From assembly GCA_964106645.2 (NCBI GenBank), contig OZ067044.1: DNA of 64,000 nucleotides; one strand, 5' to 3'. The position numbers were made by a program, and so were the translations under genes. Shown one piece after another: positions 1-12,752 of the stretch. Origin of the DNA: Podarcis pityusensis. Lineage: Eukaryota. Positions within the stretch are counted from its first letter, which is position 1, and every line of letters starts with the position of its first letter. The notes under the pieces are model-generated. The model was given only the letters and a program-made list of their open reading frames with translations, had not been told where the DNA came from and ran no database searches.

Positions 1-959
1 AAAAGACAGCAAGTTTCATAATTCACAGTGTAGTCCTACTAAAATGAGAGTGTTAAAGTTTGAAAAATAGCAAGGTGGCAATCAAACAAGTCACACAACA
101 ACATGTTTAGTTTAACAAAATTCACTGTAATTTCTAAAAGTCACCATGTGAACCCTTCTGGATATGAAGCAAGTAATAAGTATAACCTAAGTATGTTTTT
201 AAGCTTACATGCCTGCTTGGGGTTTATAATAAATCAATTACCACTATATATTAGTATCTTTTGGGAGGGGGATTTTCAATAAATTTCCCAAAACTGGAAG
301 TTTTTCCCCACCCGGCCATTGTAAGTCCTTCATACAATTTATTTTTTGCTAGTTAAGTCAATCTCTACCTCTTCACCAGTTAAACAAAGAACACTACCTT
401 TTGTGTGTAGATATTTTAAACTTTTGAGTTGCTTCATGCCTAAACAATTCTGGTTTGTTAACACCTGACGTGTTTACACACGGAACATACACAAACATGG
501 CATCTGGATATTGCCCCTTCGTTAATTTTGTTCAACTAGCAACTAAAGACTGCTTGGTAATGCAGGGCTTGAGCCCCCTGCCTACAGGGTTCGTTTCAGG
601 ATAATATTGCGCCTGTGCAGTGAAACACCGGGGCCTCAGCTGAATCCCAGAGCCTGTTTTCCCTGTCAAGGTTCTCTCGGGGAGTCATAGAGGACAGGAG
701 TGCCTCGGGGCATGTGCAGAGTGCATGTTTCGCCTCAAGGGTGCCAGCCACAACCCAGCCCCTTCACTTTTGGCTACACGGAACGCGCAACAGAGGAAAG
801 CGAGAGTCACCGCTAGGCCGCCTCTGAACGCGCCTGAAGGGGCAGGAAGCGACCTCCACGCGGCGCGCGGGGCCACTGAGGTACAGTTCAGGCCCTCGCT
901 TCTTCAAAGGGAGTCACGCGCCGCCCGCGGAGCAACTGCCGCCGTTGCATTCCATACAT

Positions 960-1088
960 TTCCTGTCTTCCCTCCCCTCCGTACAACGTTACGCATCACG
1001 TTCCGACAGTGACGCACTTCGGCGAATCTACGGCACGCCACTTGTGACCAAGATCATCACAAGCGGAGGAGGACGGCGTCCCCATCCG
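960..1088 (+). other. ZNF407: Candidate non-coding first exon (1a) of ZNF407; start approximate
   Basis: Ends at a consensus donor CCG|GTGAGT (GT at 1089) inside the CpG island. The TSS cannot be determined from sequence. Confidence 0.45.
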
Positions 1089-1489
1089 GTGAGTAAAAAC
1101 CAACGGTCAGAGGTCCCCTCGCTTCTGAGGGAGGCTTCTGCTTAAGGCTGTTGTAGGCGTTTATCCTTGGGGGCGCCCGGTCGTTCCTGGCTTTCTCCAG
1201 GCCTTCTCGCTTTCCCTAGGGCTTTTTGGGCCTCTGTGCCGCCGTCGTTTTTTCTCCCCCTTCCTCCTCTCGATAAGTGGGAGGGAGGGCAGGAAGCTCG
1301 TTTTGGGCCAATCAGTAACCGTCGGCGGGTCTGATGCTTGAGGAGGGAATTCCTGAGTGGTTGGGCATGGAGGGCGGGAAGACGGTTTCATATAGCGATT
1401 GGCTAACGCCTCAAGGCTTCTCATCAACTTTTTTTAAAAGAAAGGAAGGGGGAGAAAAAAAGTTTGTCCAGAGTGCGCATGCGGAAGCT

Positions 1490-1660
1490 ATTCGTGGTCT
1501 GTGACTTCTTCGTGTTAGCACTACGCATGTTCGTCGCGCGGCACCTTTTCAGGAGCGAGGGGGACTGGACGTTGCGCACGCGCCTTTTCGACCGTGGCTT
1601 TAAAACCGTTCTTTTCAGGGGGCTGTGATTGCGCTTGCGCGAGGGCTTGTATGTTTGCTG
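1490..1660 (+). other. ZNF407: Candidate non-coding first exon (1b) of ZNF407; start approximate (or 42-nt internal exon 1619-1660)
   Basis: Donor CTG|GTGAGC (GT at 1661) just downstream of the CCAAT/GC/NRF1/ETS cluster. An acceptor TTCTTTTCAG (AG 1617-1618) lies 42 nt upstream of the donor. Confidence 0.5.
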
Positions 1661-2063
1661 GTGAGCGATAAGGGACGCCTGAGCTCTTCTTCGTGGGCCG
1701 AAGGAGGAGCGCACGCGCACTGCTGTCGCTCGCCAGCAAAAAAATCCAAAATCTGGGGCAAAAAAAAAAATATTTTAAGGGCCGTACAAAACGACACAAG
1801 CTTCCGAGTTCATCCCAACTCTTCATCAGGCTGGCAGTTTTTATGTAAAAAAAGAAAAGAAAACTGGGGAGGAGGAGAGCATGCTGGACACCTGAACATG
1901 TTGGAAGATTCAGGGCAGATAAAAGATAAAAATGATTCACATTTCCTGGCATTGTGGAGTTGGAAGTTACCCAAAGGATCATTTGCAATGCATACTTAAA
2001 CTAGAAATGGCTACCACAACAGGTAGCGATGTCCAACGACTTGGAACAGCTTTAAACAAATTA

Positions 2064-2294
2064 CAGTGGTACCATGGTTCTTGAACGGCTTAGTTGTCGA
2101 ACAAATCAGCTCTTGAATGTCGCAAAGTGTTCTGGTTTGTGAACGTTTTTCGGAAGCTGAACATCTGACGCGGCTTCCACTTGAGTGCTGGAAGCTCCTG
2201 CAGCCAATTGGAAGCTGCACCTTGGTTTTCGAACAGTTTTGGGAGTCGAATGAACTCCCAGAACGGATTAAGTTCATGAACCAAGGTACCACTG
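2064..2294. mobile_element. Tc1/mariner (Tigger/pogo-like) MITE
   Basis: 23-bp TIRs CAGTGGTACC(A/T)TGGTTC(T/A)TGAAC matching 21/23; TA on both flanks (2062-2063, 2295-2296); no coding capacity. Confidence 0.88.
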
Positions 2295-2708
2295 TACACA
2301 AATTCATGGAGGAGATTGCTAGCCATTAAAGGTAGATGGTTGGCTACATTGAGAATGGGGTACTCAATGTTCTGATACGGAGCGGCTCTTAGATATTGGG
2401 GGGGGGGAGTTGGCATGATTTAGAAACCACAAGGTTGGCATTTAGTCACAGTCAAGATGGGAATGTAGGAAGAGAGCGCAAACTTGTATTGGGCTGTGCT
2501 TGGAGCTATGCAGATATTAGCTTGTACCCAAGGGCTGCTGGGATAAAGCAGTAAATAATGGCTGTTTATGAAGGCGTGCCGTAACCCAGACTTCACATGA
2601 CATCACAGTTTCAATCTAGCCCATGAAAACATAAGCTGCAATAAATGGGTTATTTTTAAAGATTTAACAAGTGTCTTTGTTGTTTCTGGTTCTACATGCT
2701 AACTAATC

Positions 2709-3271
2709 CAGGGATGGGGAACCTTTTTCAAGTTGAGGTCCACATTCGGGGTACATACGCTTCAGGTTACATACGCTTCAGGTTACAGATTCCGCTAACC
2801 CAGAAATAGTACCTTGGGTTAAGAACTTTGCTTCAGGATGAGAACAGAAATCGTGCTCCAGCGGCGCGGCAGCAGTGGGAGGCCCCATTAGCTAAAGTGG
2901 TGCTTCAGGGTAAGAACAGTTTCAGGTTAAGTACGGACCTCCGGAACGAATTAAGTACTTAACCTGAGGTACCACTGTATAGACAGCCTTCTGAGAACCA
3001 CATACCAGTGGTAGATTGGGTCAGAGGCAAAAGTAAGCGAAGCCACAAATGTAACATTATCCTCTGTACAGTAGGCTAGCTTGTACCCACACCACTGTAT
3101 TCCATCAAGGTAAGCAAGAACAACTAATTTATCAGAGTTCAAGAACATATTACAGCCAGATAAAATCACTTGGTGTGTGAAGCAGGAGTGTGTTATGGGG
3201 AGAGTTCCAAGGGCCAAACAGATAGCCTTTGAGGCCAAATTTCCCCCTGGGCCTGAGATTCCTTGCCTCTG
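2709..3271. mobile_element. Old hAT-like non-autonomous element interrupted by a Tigger-like MITE
   Basis: Left end CAGGGATGGGGAACC; right end reads CAGAGGCAAGGAATCTCAGGCCC on the minus strand (degenerate TIRs). TSD not preserved. Confidence 0.45.
2747..2977 (+). mobile_element. Tigger-like MITE (family shared with 3703 and 30112), left TIR partly lost
   Basis: Body nearly identical to the copies at 3703-3907 and 30112-30321; right TIR ...GAGGTACCACTG followed by TA; internal tandem duplication of TACATACGCTTCAGGT. Confidence 0.85.
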
Positions 3272-3702
3272 TGTAGCTCCTTGGGATTGTATGCCACTAG
3301 AACTCTGAAGAGACAGCATGCGGAGCACATGCAAGAAATAAATGCAAGAATCACATCCTGCTTTTATAAATTTTGGAAGATGTGCCTCCGCTCATAGCTG
3401 TTATGTCTGCTCATGGTGAACACATGCTTAAGCAAGGGAAGCCACCAGGTTGTTAAGTGTCTGTATGGAGAAATGCTTGCTTCCAAAGAACCACATACGT
3501 TCACACTGGAGGCCGAAGTTGCACTATTCTAGAAGTGAAGATGCCTTTTTTTGGTGATCTCTGGAAATCATGGTTACTGTAATGACTCAAGTTGGAAGAA
3601 ATTTCACAAGAGTTGGGTTGGCAGGTCGAACTGAAATTGCATTCAATCTCCATTTCTTTTCTGAGGCTCCAGAATTTTGACAGTGAACTTTCTTTGCTAC
3701 TA

Positions 3703-3907
3703 CAGTGGTACCTCGGGTTACATACGCTTCAGGTTACAGACTCCACTAACCCAGAAATAGTGCTTCAGGTTAAGAACTTTGCTTCAGGATGAGATCAGAA
3801 ATCGTGCTCTGGCGGCACGGTGGCAGCAGGAGGCCCCATTAGCTAAAGTGGTGCTTCAGGTTAAGAATGGAACTCCGGAACGAATTAAGTAATCTGAGGT
3901 ACCACTG
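3703..3907 (+). mobile_element. Tigger-like MITE
   Basis: TA|CAGTGGTACCTCGGGTTA ... GAGGTACCACTG; internal CTTCAGGTTA repeats; three copies in the window. Confidence 0.88.
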
Positions 3908-5929
3908 AACTAGTTTGCTCTCAACTAGGTATTAAAACCAGGATTAGATCCTAGTTTAAATCTGTGATTTGGGAGCAAACTATAATTAGCAGAAACTGTT
4001 TACAGCTGTTTGGTTGTCATGGTCAGTCACAATTATATCTCACTAGATCAGGGGAACCACAAGAACCCTCAAGATGCTCTTGATCACACAAACTATGGTT
4101 TAGCAACCATATATGTGTGACCTTTGAACGAGGCCTTTCTATTGGTTTTATATACACTGCTAAATTTGACCTGTTCCTGTATGGGCAGATCTGTTTCCAG
4201 AACAAGTGTTTCCAAAATTCGTGAATTTTTAAATTTGAAATTTCTATGTGATAAGATCAGTTTGAAAAATACTTCAGGGGGTTAAATGCTTGCCAGGGTG
4301 CAGAACTAGCTTCTTGTTTGGGGATTCTGTCTATGGACATTCACATTACCCCCTGCCCCCAATATTGAAAGAATGTGTGATGGGGCCATGTGGAGTTGCC
4401 CCGCTACTGACAACGTGCACCACACACACCATTGCCGTGTGGTGAAAATGCTGCCATGCTGTCTCAAGTGTTCAGCTGGCATAGAAAACAGCTCTGAATG
4501 TGTAATGTTGCATATTCATAGAGCTCTTCCAGGACAAAGTGCCGCCTTTCAGAAATTTTCCCCAAACATCAATTCCACCTTTGAAATTCCAGTAATATCT
4601 GGGAGAATCCGGACATATGGCAGTCCTAGTAAATATGGTATATAGGTACCCACAGATATTTCCCATGCCAGCTGAATGTGGGAAGGCCTCTTGTGTTCCC
4701 TCCCTCTTGTGTTCCCTCCCTCCCACCAAACTAAACCATGGTTTAAAGGCTTAGCACTATGAAATCAAGGGTTGCTCTTGACCCATCGCTCATGCTTTGT
4801 TTGGCGGAAATTATCCTTGATCTTGGGTGTGGAAGTAGCACTAAGTCAGGCTGCAGTGTGGCGGAAGAGTGAAGTGCCCACACTTTCAGTAGCTTGCAGT
4901 GAGTAAGCTGCACATTCACATTTAGACCATAGTTTGTTATTAACTGAGGTTTAAAGTGACATGAGAACTAGGCCTTTATTGTTAATTTAAGAATAAGCTG
5001 CTGCAAAACAACAGTGGCATTAACACCATCAAGACAAAAAGCAACCAGCAGTTCATCTGATATACCAGGAAGTATCCTTAACGTTTATATTTTGTTTTGT
5101 TTTTAATAGGGATAACCTTGCATTGACACCCCCTTCTGTTCTTTCCATATTTTTAACTTTAAATTATTTCAAGTTGGAGGCTTGTAGATGATAAGCTAAT
5201 GAAGACTTTTTCTTAAGCATGTTGTGCAGGATTGTTCTGAATTTATATCCCAGCTGCCCTTATCTTACAATTTGAGGTGCCTATTTTGCAACTTCTTCTA
5301 AAGAGCAAAGGGGCAATTTGACCATCCAGTTTTAATGAAAAGCACTGTTTTAACCAAGGGAAAGTAGATAACAGCTTTATGATAGTATTCTGAAAATACA
5401 GCACATACAGAGAGGACTGTCATTTCCCTGATATTAATTACAGTACCTGATCCATTTCAGTCTGGTTAGTGATCTAGTTTTGGAATTGCTTTGGTTTCTC
5501 TGATGAATAGTCTGCAATGGAAGAGGGAAAGGGAAGTGTGTTCCCATTGTCTTTATTGGAAATTTCAGTGACTTTTGATACCATTAGCTTTGTGGAGAAG
5601 TACCATTGTACAGTGGCTCTGGTCTTTAATGGAACACAGATCTAAAATATGATACTGGAGTACTAGTACTCAGCCTCTTGACCTTTGACCTGTAGAGTGC
5701 ATCAAGGATCTCTATTCAAAGTGCTATAGAATTTGGAAGAAATTTTCTTCACATGAACTTGCCCCCTCATTGAGATAATTAGCAATGGTTTTCTTCACTG
5801 TCCCACCACTATAGACAATTGGCTAGAGGAAACATGGAACAGAGTATTTTTTGTAGCAGTGCCTAGGTTTTGGAACTCTCTCCAATGAGTTACCCATCTG
5901 GCCCACACGTTGCAATGGGTCTCTGTGAA

Positions 5930-6146
5930 AACTGCTTGGTTTTCTTGATGCTACTGTTTATTTTTCAACTTGCTTTACGTGATTATATTTTCTGTGTTTG
6001 TTGCTTTGATGTTTTGCTATTCAGTTTCTTTGTTTTATATGTTGTAGTGTATTTGCTTACTTTGTGGCCATTGTTTTTATCTTATGTTACAGCCTGCTTG
6101 GAAGGCCTTTGGAGGAAAATTAGCCTTTTTAAAAAATAAATAAATA
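5930..6146 (+). mobile_element. Degraded L2-like LINE 3' end
   Basis: T-rich 3' UTR-like tract ending in a (TAAA)n tail; family assignment by resemblance only. Confidence 0.4.
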
Positions 6147-7477
6147 CCAGAGCTACCATTCCCCATTGTTGGCTGATACTTATGGGGAAAGGGGGCCTGG
6201 GTTCTTGAATATACAGCAATTGGAAGGGCTGAGAAGCATCTTCCACTGCTTGCCTCACCTGAAATCTCCTCTCCCTGCTATTATTTCCTTTTAAAATAGG
6301 GCACTTCTTTCCCTACTTATTAGTCTTGCTATACAAAATAAAAAGGAGGAGAGGCTGGCTTTGGTACTTTTGATTCAACAAGGGGAATGATAGACTGAGG
6401 AGCAGGAGGAAGTAAGTACATATGGGTTGACCATTGCACTGTATGCTTGGCACGATTGAATGTCTCTAGCCTTCTTTGCTGCTTTAGTCATGTTCAAAGA
6501 AGGATGTGGTAGATGCTGTCGGGGGTAACATATACATGGGCTCTGACACCAACATCCACCCATTCAAGTGTACTATTTACATGTGGCAATATCTGAAAGC
6601 ATGGAAACCAGGGATGGGTGGAGCAGGTGTCCTGACAAGGCTCCCTCCATGTGTTCATTTGTGCCTGCATGAATGATTGACTCAGGGTATCATTGGTAGA
6701 AGGTGTGGATAATGATGTGCTTTTACTGTGTGAATGGAATGAGGGATGGGATACGAAGTGTTTGGATGCAATACTGAGCATTAGAAACAGCAGGGTTAGG
6801 TCGTTCCCAGCCTAATAAAGTTCATTGTTCATTAATAGTTCCACATTAATATTTTAATTGACTCAAATAAGTAGCCTTCAGTTATGATGAATATTCTAGA
6901 GGGGGCACATCATATTTTTATTTGAAGCTCGCTTCTTGAACTTGCCTTATATGCACACACTCAACCCCTGCAGTTAGAAATGCCACTGAGAGGATCCAAA
7001 TAGAAGGAGACAGTTTGGTAACAAACCTCCCAGGGTTCATGAATTTTATTATCATATGCATGAACTTTTTGAATACTTGACAACTTTTTTCTTTCTCTCA
7101 AAAGGGTGAATATTATAGGATCAGCATTAGTTGCTTGTCCTTGTGCCGTAGCATTCTGAAATCTAGATAAAAAGCAAAGCACACAGTGGTTTGGAATATT
7201 TATTGTTCTAAGCCAAGCTGTTTTGTATGTAAAGTTGGGAGGTGTGGTTCTCTGAGGCAGAAGTATGGCAGGCACTGGGTTGCTGCTGATAATGGCAGCC
7301 CCAAGCCTATTTTTCTCCTCTTTACCTATAAAGCTTAATAGAAGTCCCCATGAGGCTTAATGTGTTCCCAATGAGCACTTTGCTTTCTCACATCATTGCT
7401 TGCCACTGGCAGGAGTGTGGGAACTCAGGAGCATAGGGATGCAGTGATACCAGTTTCCATCCAACATGTTTCCATTA

Positions 7478-7727
7478 CAGTCATACCTCGGGTTATAGAT
7501 GCTTCAGGTTGCGTTTTTTTGGGTTGCGGACGGCCGAAACCCGGAAGTACCGGAACAGGTTACTTCCAGGTTTCAGCGGTCGCGCATGCATAAGCGCTAA
7601 ATCGCTCTTTGCTCATGCACAGAAGTGCCGAATCGCAACCCGCGTGTGCGCAGATGCAGGTTGTGAACACTGCAAGTTGTGAATGTGCATCCCACACAGA
7701 TCACGTTTGCAACCCGAGCGCCCACTA
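7478..7727. mobile_element. Tigger-like MITE, related subfamily
   Basis: TA|CAGTCATACCTCGGGTT ... AACCCGAGCGCCCACTA|TA; internal inverted repeats; CpG-rich. Confidence 0.75.
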
Positions 7728-10478
7728 TATAGGAAGGGTTTTGTCTATTTCGTTGCTGCTTACACGCTGTATCACGAATCATAATTCGTTTCGGGTTTTT
7801 CAGTAATGTTATTAATTACATAATATTTGCAGCTTTAGGGGGGGTGTGTGTCTGTGTGTGTTAAATCCAGTGCCAACAATTGCCTTTTGTGTTTGCATAA
7901 AGCAAATCTGGTCCTGACACCGAGCAAATATACTAACAGTGGCAATATCTGTACCAGTTTCAGTTTCCATCGGAATTCCTGTACATCCCTCTCTGAGCAT
8001 GACGACGATGCATCATATGATTAGTTTTCAGTAGATGTGAAGAGGGAAGGGAGGTCTATACATAGGGGTTCTGTTTTTGACGACAGCCTCATGCCTGTTG
8101 TTTAGTTCTTCACTATTTTTGGGAGGGGCAGTATGCATTAATGGGAAGTTCCAAGCAGTTAGAACATTGGTTTCTTTGGTTGGGGACTGCAGTTGGTGTG
8201 TACTGGCTGTGTCTGGTTGAATGTGTGCAGGAGAACTTGGAAAGCACTTTGGCTTGGGACTGATCTAGCATAATTTGATTTGCTGTACATCTGCTAGTAC
8301 TTTTCTGCTTGCTTCTGTGCCCCAGGGATCAGTTTTCCTGGAGAAAAACCCATTATCACAGTGGTCATTTCACAGTTTTAAATATTTCTTTTTTACAGTA
8401 ATATTGTCACGTTTTACATGAGCACCAGCTAGCATTTCTTTGGTGTACAGATTTCATATTGAACTGATGGGTACATTGGGACTGCATAAATTAAACACAT
8501 TGTGATGGTGTTTAGGATATAGTAGACTTATTTTTAATTCAGTTTTAACATTTTTCTCAAAAGACTATTTTCCTGATCAGATTAGATCTATATTGTGTGG
8601 AAGGGGGATACACAAGTGTTACCAAGCTGAGGAGGAAAGACAGGGATATCTCTGACAACTCCCCCCCCCCCCAATAAATGTTGTTTTATAAAACAAGATA
8701 TTCAGGGTGTTGTAATTTGTCTAAGCCATCAGAATTGCCAAACGTGGGTAATTACATAATTTCACACTTTCCAGTAAAGTCAGACCCTGATTAAGCGGTT
8801 GACAGCCTGTGAGAGTGCATTCATTGACAGCTGATGTCTGTATTCCCTAAATTTGTAGTGATTGCAATCTGAGTGAAGAAGACATTGAGATTCAAGCCAT
8901 TTACTCTGAATGAGACTCCTCTTTGACGAATGGGGAAAGTTCTGGGTTGTTTTTTCCAGACATGAAAATTTCAAATGCATAAATACTTTGCTGCTACTGT
9001 ATCTTGCTTTCTGCTGATGCCAGGTCTTCTCAGTGTCTTCGGCTCTTGCTGTCTTTCATTGCACCTGCTGTTCGTCATATTTATTTCATTCTTCTTTCCT
9101 GCGCTTTCTTCCCTCCATCTCCCTTTTACCCCCTTTAAACAGAACAATATGGTAATAGAAACCCTAATAGGAAGAAGGCACTGTTTAACTCGGTTGGAGT
9201 GCTACTAATCCAATTGCCAAACGCAACTACAGCACAGCATGCCTCTTAATTTCAAGTAAAATGGAAACTTCACTTTCTAAATTTACGGCACTGTACCACT
9301 TGTGTGAGTGAGCAGTACTATTCCATGATTCCCATTTATAGTGAATTACAGAATGGGTATGGGTTTGATAATTATTTTGTCTATTAAACATTTATATGTC
9401 ACTCTTTGAGCAAAATGAGGTTTCCAAAGTACGTTAAATTAAAACACTTAAAAGCAACCAATAAAAGAATGCAATGAAAGGAGAGCAATCTCTTTTCAGT
9501 CCTAGGTGAACACCTTTTTTAATTTCCCCAGGTCTTTTTAGTTTTGGTTTTAGTGCTGTTTACAGCTAGTAGATTGTTCTTCTTTCGTTAAATTCTTTTA
9601 CTGGCTGATTTTAATTGTTCTAATGGTAGCACATTTTGAGAACCACATTTTGGTTTAAGAGTGATGTGTATAATGTTTACCTGGGACTGAAATGATAACA
9701 ACCCCTAGTTTCAGTGACAGTACCTCATCCAACAACACATGATTAAGTGGGGCTCTGGATGCAAATACTGTAAACTGGCATCCAAATCACTATTAGACTT
9801 TGTATTCCCAGGACGTCCAAGATCAAGAAGACCCCTAACCACTTGGAAGAAGGTCCTTTGAACAGGTCTCCAAGGATGGTGGGAGAAAATGCTGCTGGTT
9901 TTCTGCCTCAGAGTTGGCTGGATAGACTTTTGCCTGTTTTGCATGGGATTCTCTTGTGAGTTTTAAAGCCGCTTGGCTCTAGCTGTTATTTTTGCAGCCC
10001 AGTTCCTTGGTGTAACAAGGAGCCAGACAGACTGTGCCTCTTAGAAAATGACACTTAGGAATGATAATGTCGAAGGCTTGTGACATATCTGTATCCCAAC
10101 ATATAGTCAAGGTTTCAACAGGAGTGCAACCATGCCAACATAACTTCTCCTATGGCTTTGAAGGATCATTGATCTCTAAAGGTGGACCATTCCAATATGT
10201 TCCCCATCCTGCTGCATAAAGAAGCTATAACAGCAAGTGAAAACCTCAGAAAAAGAAATGTGATCATGACAATCTCCCATGTCCTAATTGCTGTCCTCCT
10301 ATCCCTACCAAAACACCAGCTATATCTTGTGGATCGGTTGCATATATTGGGACAGCTCCTTGGTTGTCATGGAGACCATGAAGTCTTGAGCTCATCAAAA
10401 AAGTCATTCCCTGTGCCTAATAACTTATTGCCACTTGATAACTTTTATTCCTATTTATATTTCATGAGAGCCTTCTTT

Positions 10479-10481
<3 letters not shown>

Positions 10482-10510
<29 letters not shown>
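10482..10510. repeat. (ATC)n microsatellite
   Basis: About 9 ATC units. Confidence 0.9.
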
Positions 10511-11306
10511 ATCAAGCTCACTTGGTGAATACCGTGCCTGGGAGGAGTGATCAGGTCAAATAGAAAAACTTCCACATGATAATCTATTCACTAGGTAAAA
10601 TTCTGTTACTCTCAAATATATTTCACAGGCCTTGCAGTATCTCAGATCTTGCAAACTCATGCAATAGCAAAGTCTGACTTGTTGAGTTCTGTTTATCTCT
10701 GTTTCAAGCTTATCTTTTGACAGGACAATATCATACAGATTGTTTCTGTATCCAGAAAGTCATGAACACCCCCTTTTTCTTTTAGCAATCTTGGTTTTAA
10801 AAGTTCTCTAACATTTGCATTGATCATTTCACTTTAGTTGCCCAGAATAAACATACAGTCTTTCTGCATTTAGCACTGCCATTTAAAATGTAATAGTGGG
10901 CTCTGCATTTTTACTCTACCATACCTGATAAAATCACCTGAGGATGCCCTACAGAGATATTATCTGCCCCATACATAAAAGGACAAAAATATATTTCCAT
11001 ATTGCTTCAAGGAGAAATAGTGGGCCTCCTGGGAAGGGTGGCAGATCCGTGCTGCACCCTCTTCCTTCTCCTCTTCCTCCCCCTGCCAACCTTCCAATGC
11101 TGACAATCACTTTCTCCTTTCATTCTGAGGTTGAACTTCACTATTTCCCTTCATTTTCAAGCTTATCTTACATCCTGCTTTCATTCTTCACTCCCTTTAA
11201 TTCTGATGCTGATCTCCACTCCCTCTCCCCTCTCATCTCAACTGGCAGGAATGTGTGTGCAATTTTCTGGTTTGCTTCAGGTACCAAAATGCCTTGATCC
11301 GATCTT

Positions 11307-11701
11307 GTTGTTGTTGTTTAGTCATTTAGTCGTGTCCGACTCTTTGTGACCCCATGGACCAGAGCACGCCAGGCTCTCCTGTCTTCCACTGCCTCCCGCA
11401 GTTTGGTCAGACTTATGTTTGTAGCTTCGAGAACACTGTCCAACCATCTCGTCCTCTGTCGTCCCCTTCTCCTTGTGCCCTCCATCTTTCCCAACATCAG
11501 GGTCTTTTCCAGGGAGTCTTCTCTTCTCATGAGGTGGCCAAAGCATTGGAGCCTCAGCTTCAGGATCTGTCCTTTCAGTGAGCACTCAGGACTGATTTCC
11601 TTCAGAATGGAGAGGTTTGATCTTCTTGCAGTCCATGGGACTCTCAAGAGTCTCCTCCAGCACCATAATTCAAAAGCATCAATTCTTCGGCAATCTTCGG
11701 C
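11307..11701 (-). mobile_element. Bov-B (RTE clade) LINE, 5'-truncated 3' end
   Basis: Minus-strand ORF 11318-11647 gives the typical Bov-B C-terminus (RVPWTARRSNLSILKEISPECSL...RRRGRQRTRWLD...WRALVHGVTKSRTRLND); (CAA)n tail; exact 11-bp TSD GATCCGATCTT at 11296-11306 and 11702-11712. Confidence 0.95.
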
Positions 11702-12752
11702 GATCCGATCTTACATAGACTATTACAGAAGTCTCTGTGCTTCTGTCAGAGAAATAATCTACAAAGGGAACAATATACTCCCAAACCAAGCCAGTTTGCA
11801 GGGTTGACCCTCTGTTAAGTTGTTCTGTCTTAAGGAGCAACCACTTAGTACTGGCCCATGCATTCTTATAGCACCAATTTGCTGGCCTCTTTGGAATCTT
11901 AGAATCACTAGTGGTCCTTTTGCAGATACATCATCTGGGTTTCTTTTGCCTTTTAAAGTTGATATGCAATGGCTGAGTTTGTGGTGGTGATCTTATATTT
12001 TATCTTGTTCAAAAATTGATGAGAATTTCCAAATTCAGCACATGCTAGCAAAACTTTTGAGTTTCAGTGTCTCTGTAAGACAATAGTGTGACAGTCACAG
12101 GTACAGAAAGCTAGGTACATATTCAGTATATGCCTCTAAGCTGTACACAATGGGGGGGAGGGGAATGAATTTTGTTACCTATTTAAAAGGTACATTTTGG
12201 AGACTCTAATTAACTTTGGACAATGTTGTTGCCAGAGTGGCTCTATCTGTCTTTCTGTAATATACCCATATGATTTGCTGTCAGAGAGCATGGCTACTCC
12301 CACTTGAGTGTGCTAGAGGGCTGCAGTTTGTCCTTTAACCTTACCTTCATGATGATGAATAAAAGGGCACACAGTAGCAGTATACAAAATTGACATTTTT
12401 TTATTTCTAACTTCACTTGTCGTCTTTCTTGTAATTTGATACGTTTGCACTGCTGTGTTTAATGATCCCTTTCCTGGCTATGATGAATTGAAATAGCTCA
12501 TACCAAACTGACCTATTATTCTCCATTAGTTCTTCCTTACTGGTAAGTTAGATACACCCTGGCTTCTCTCAGTAGATGTTGCCTTCTGGATAATGGAGGT
12601 GTCCTGGATGCAATTTAGCATGCATCTGTGGTTTTGTATCAAAATAACTGCGCAGCAACTCGATGTGGCACTGTTTGAAGTAGAATTCGCCCCCTTTTAA
12701 AAACCCTCTAAGTATATTTGTAACTTTCACTGCACTGTTCTTTGGAGTTTCT

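Larger units (their letters stand above)
590..1810. promoter_or_regulatory. CpG island / TATA-less promoter of ZNF407 (possibly bidirectional)
   Basis: Only extended GC- and CpG-rich unique stretch in the window. Contains CCAAT boxes on both strands (GGGCCAATCAG ~1305-1315; GCGATTGGCT ~1396-1405), a GC box GAGGGCGGGA ~1370-1379, NRF1 TGCGCATGCG 1474-1483 overlapping ETS CGGAAG 1482-1487, further NRF1-like GCGCACGCGC sites (~1574, ~1709) and CRE-like TGACGCA 1010-1016. Lies ~18 kb upstream of the first coding exon, whose 5' end is a splice acceptor. Confidence 0.85.

Noticed and set aside
685-1999. Overlapping ORFs in the CpG island
   Set aside because: Expected from high GC content; no domain similarity, mostly non-ATG starts.
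2747-3907. CRISPR-like or prokaryotic repeat array (recurrent CTTCAGGTTA)
   Set aside because: Internal repeats of Tigger-like MITEs with irregular spacing in a vertebrate intron; no cas genes.
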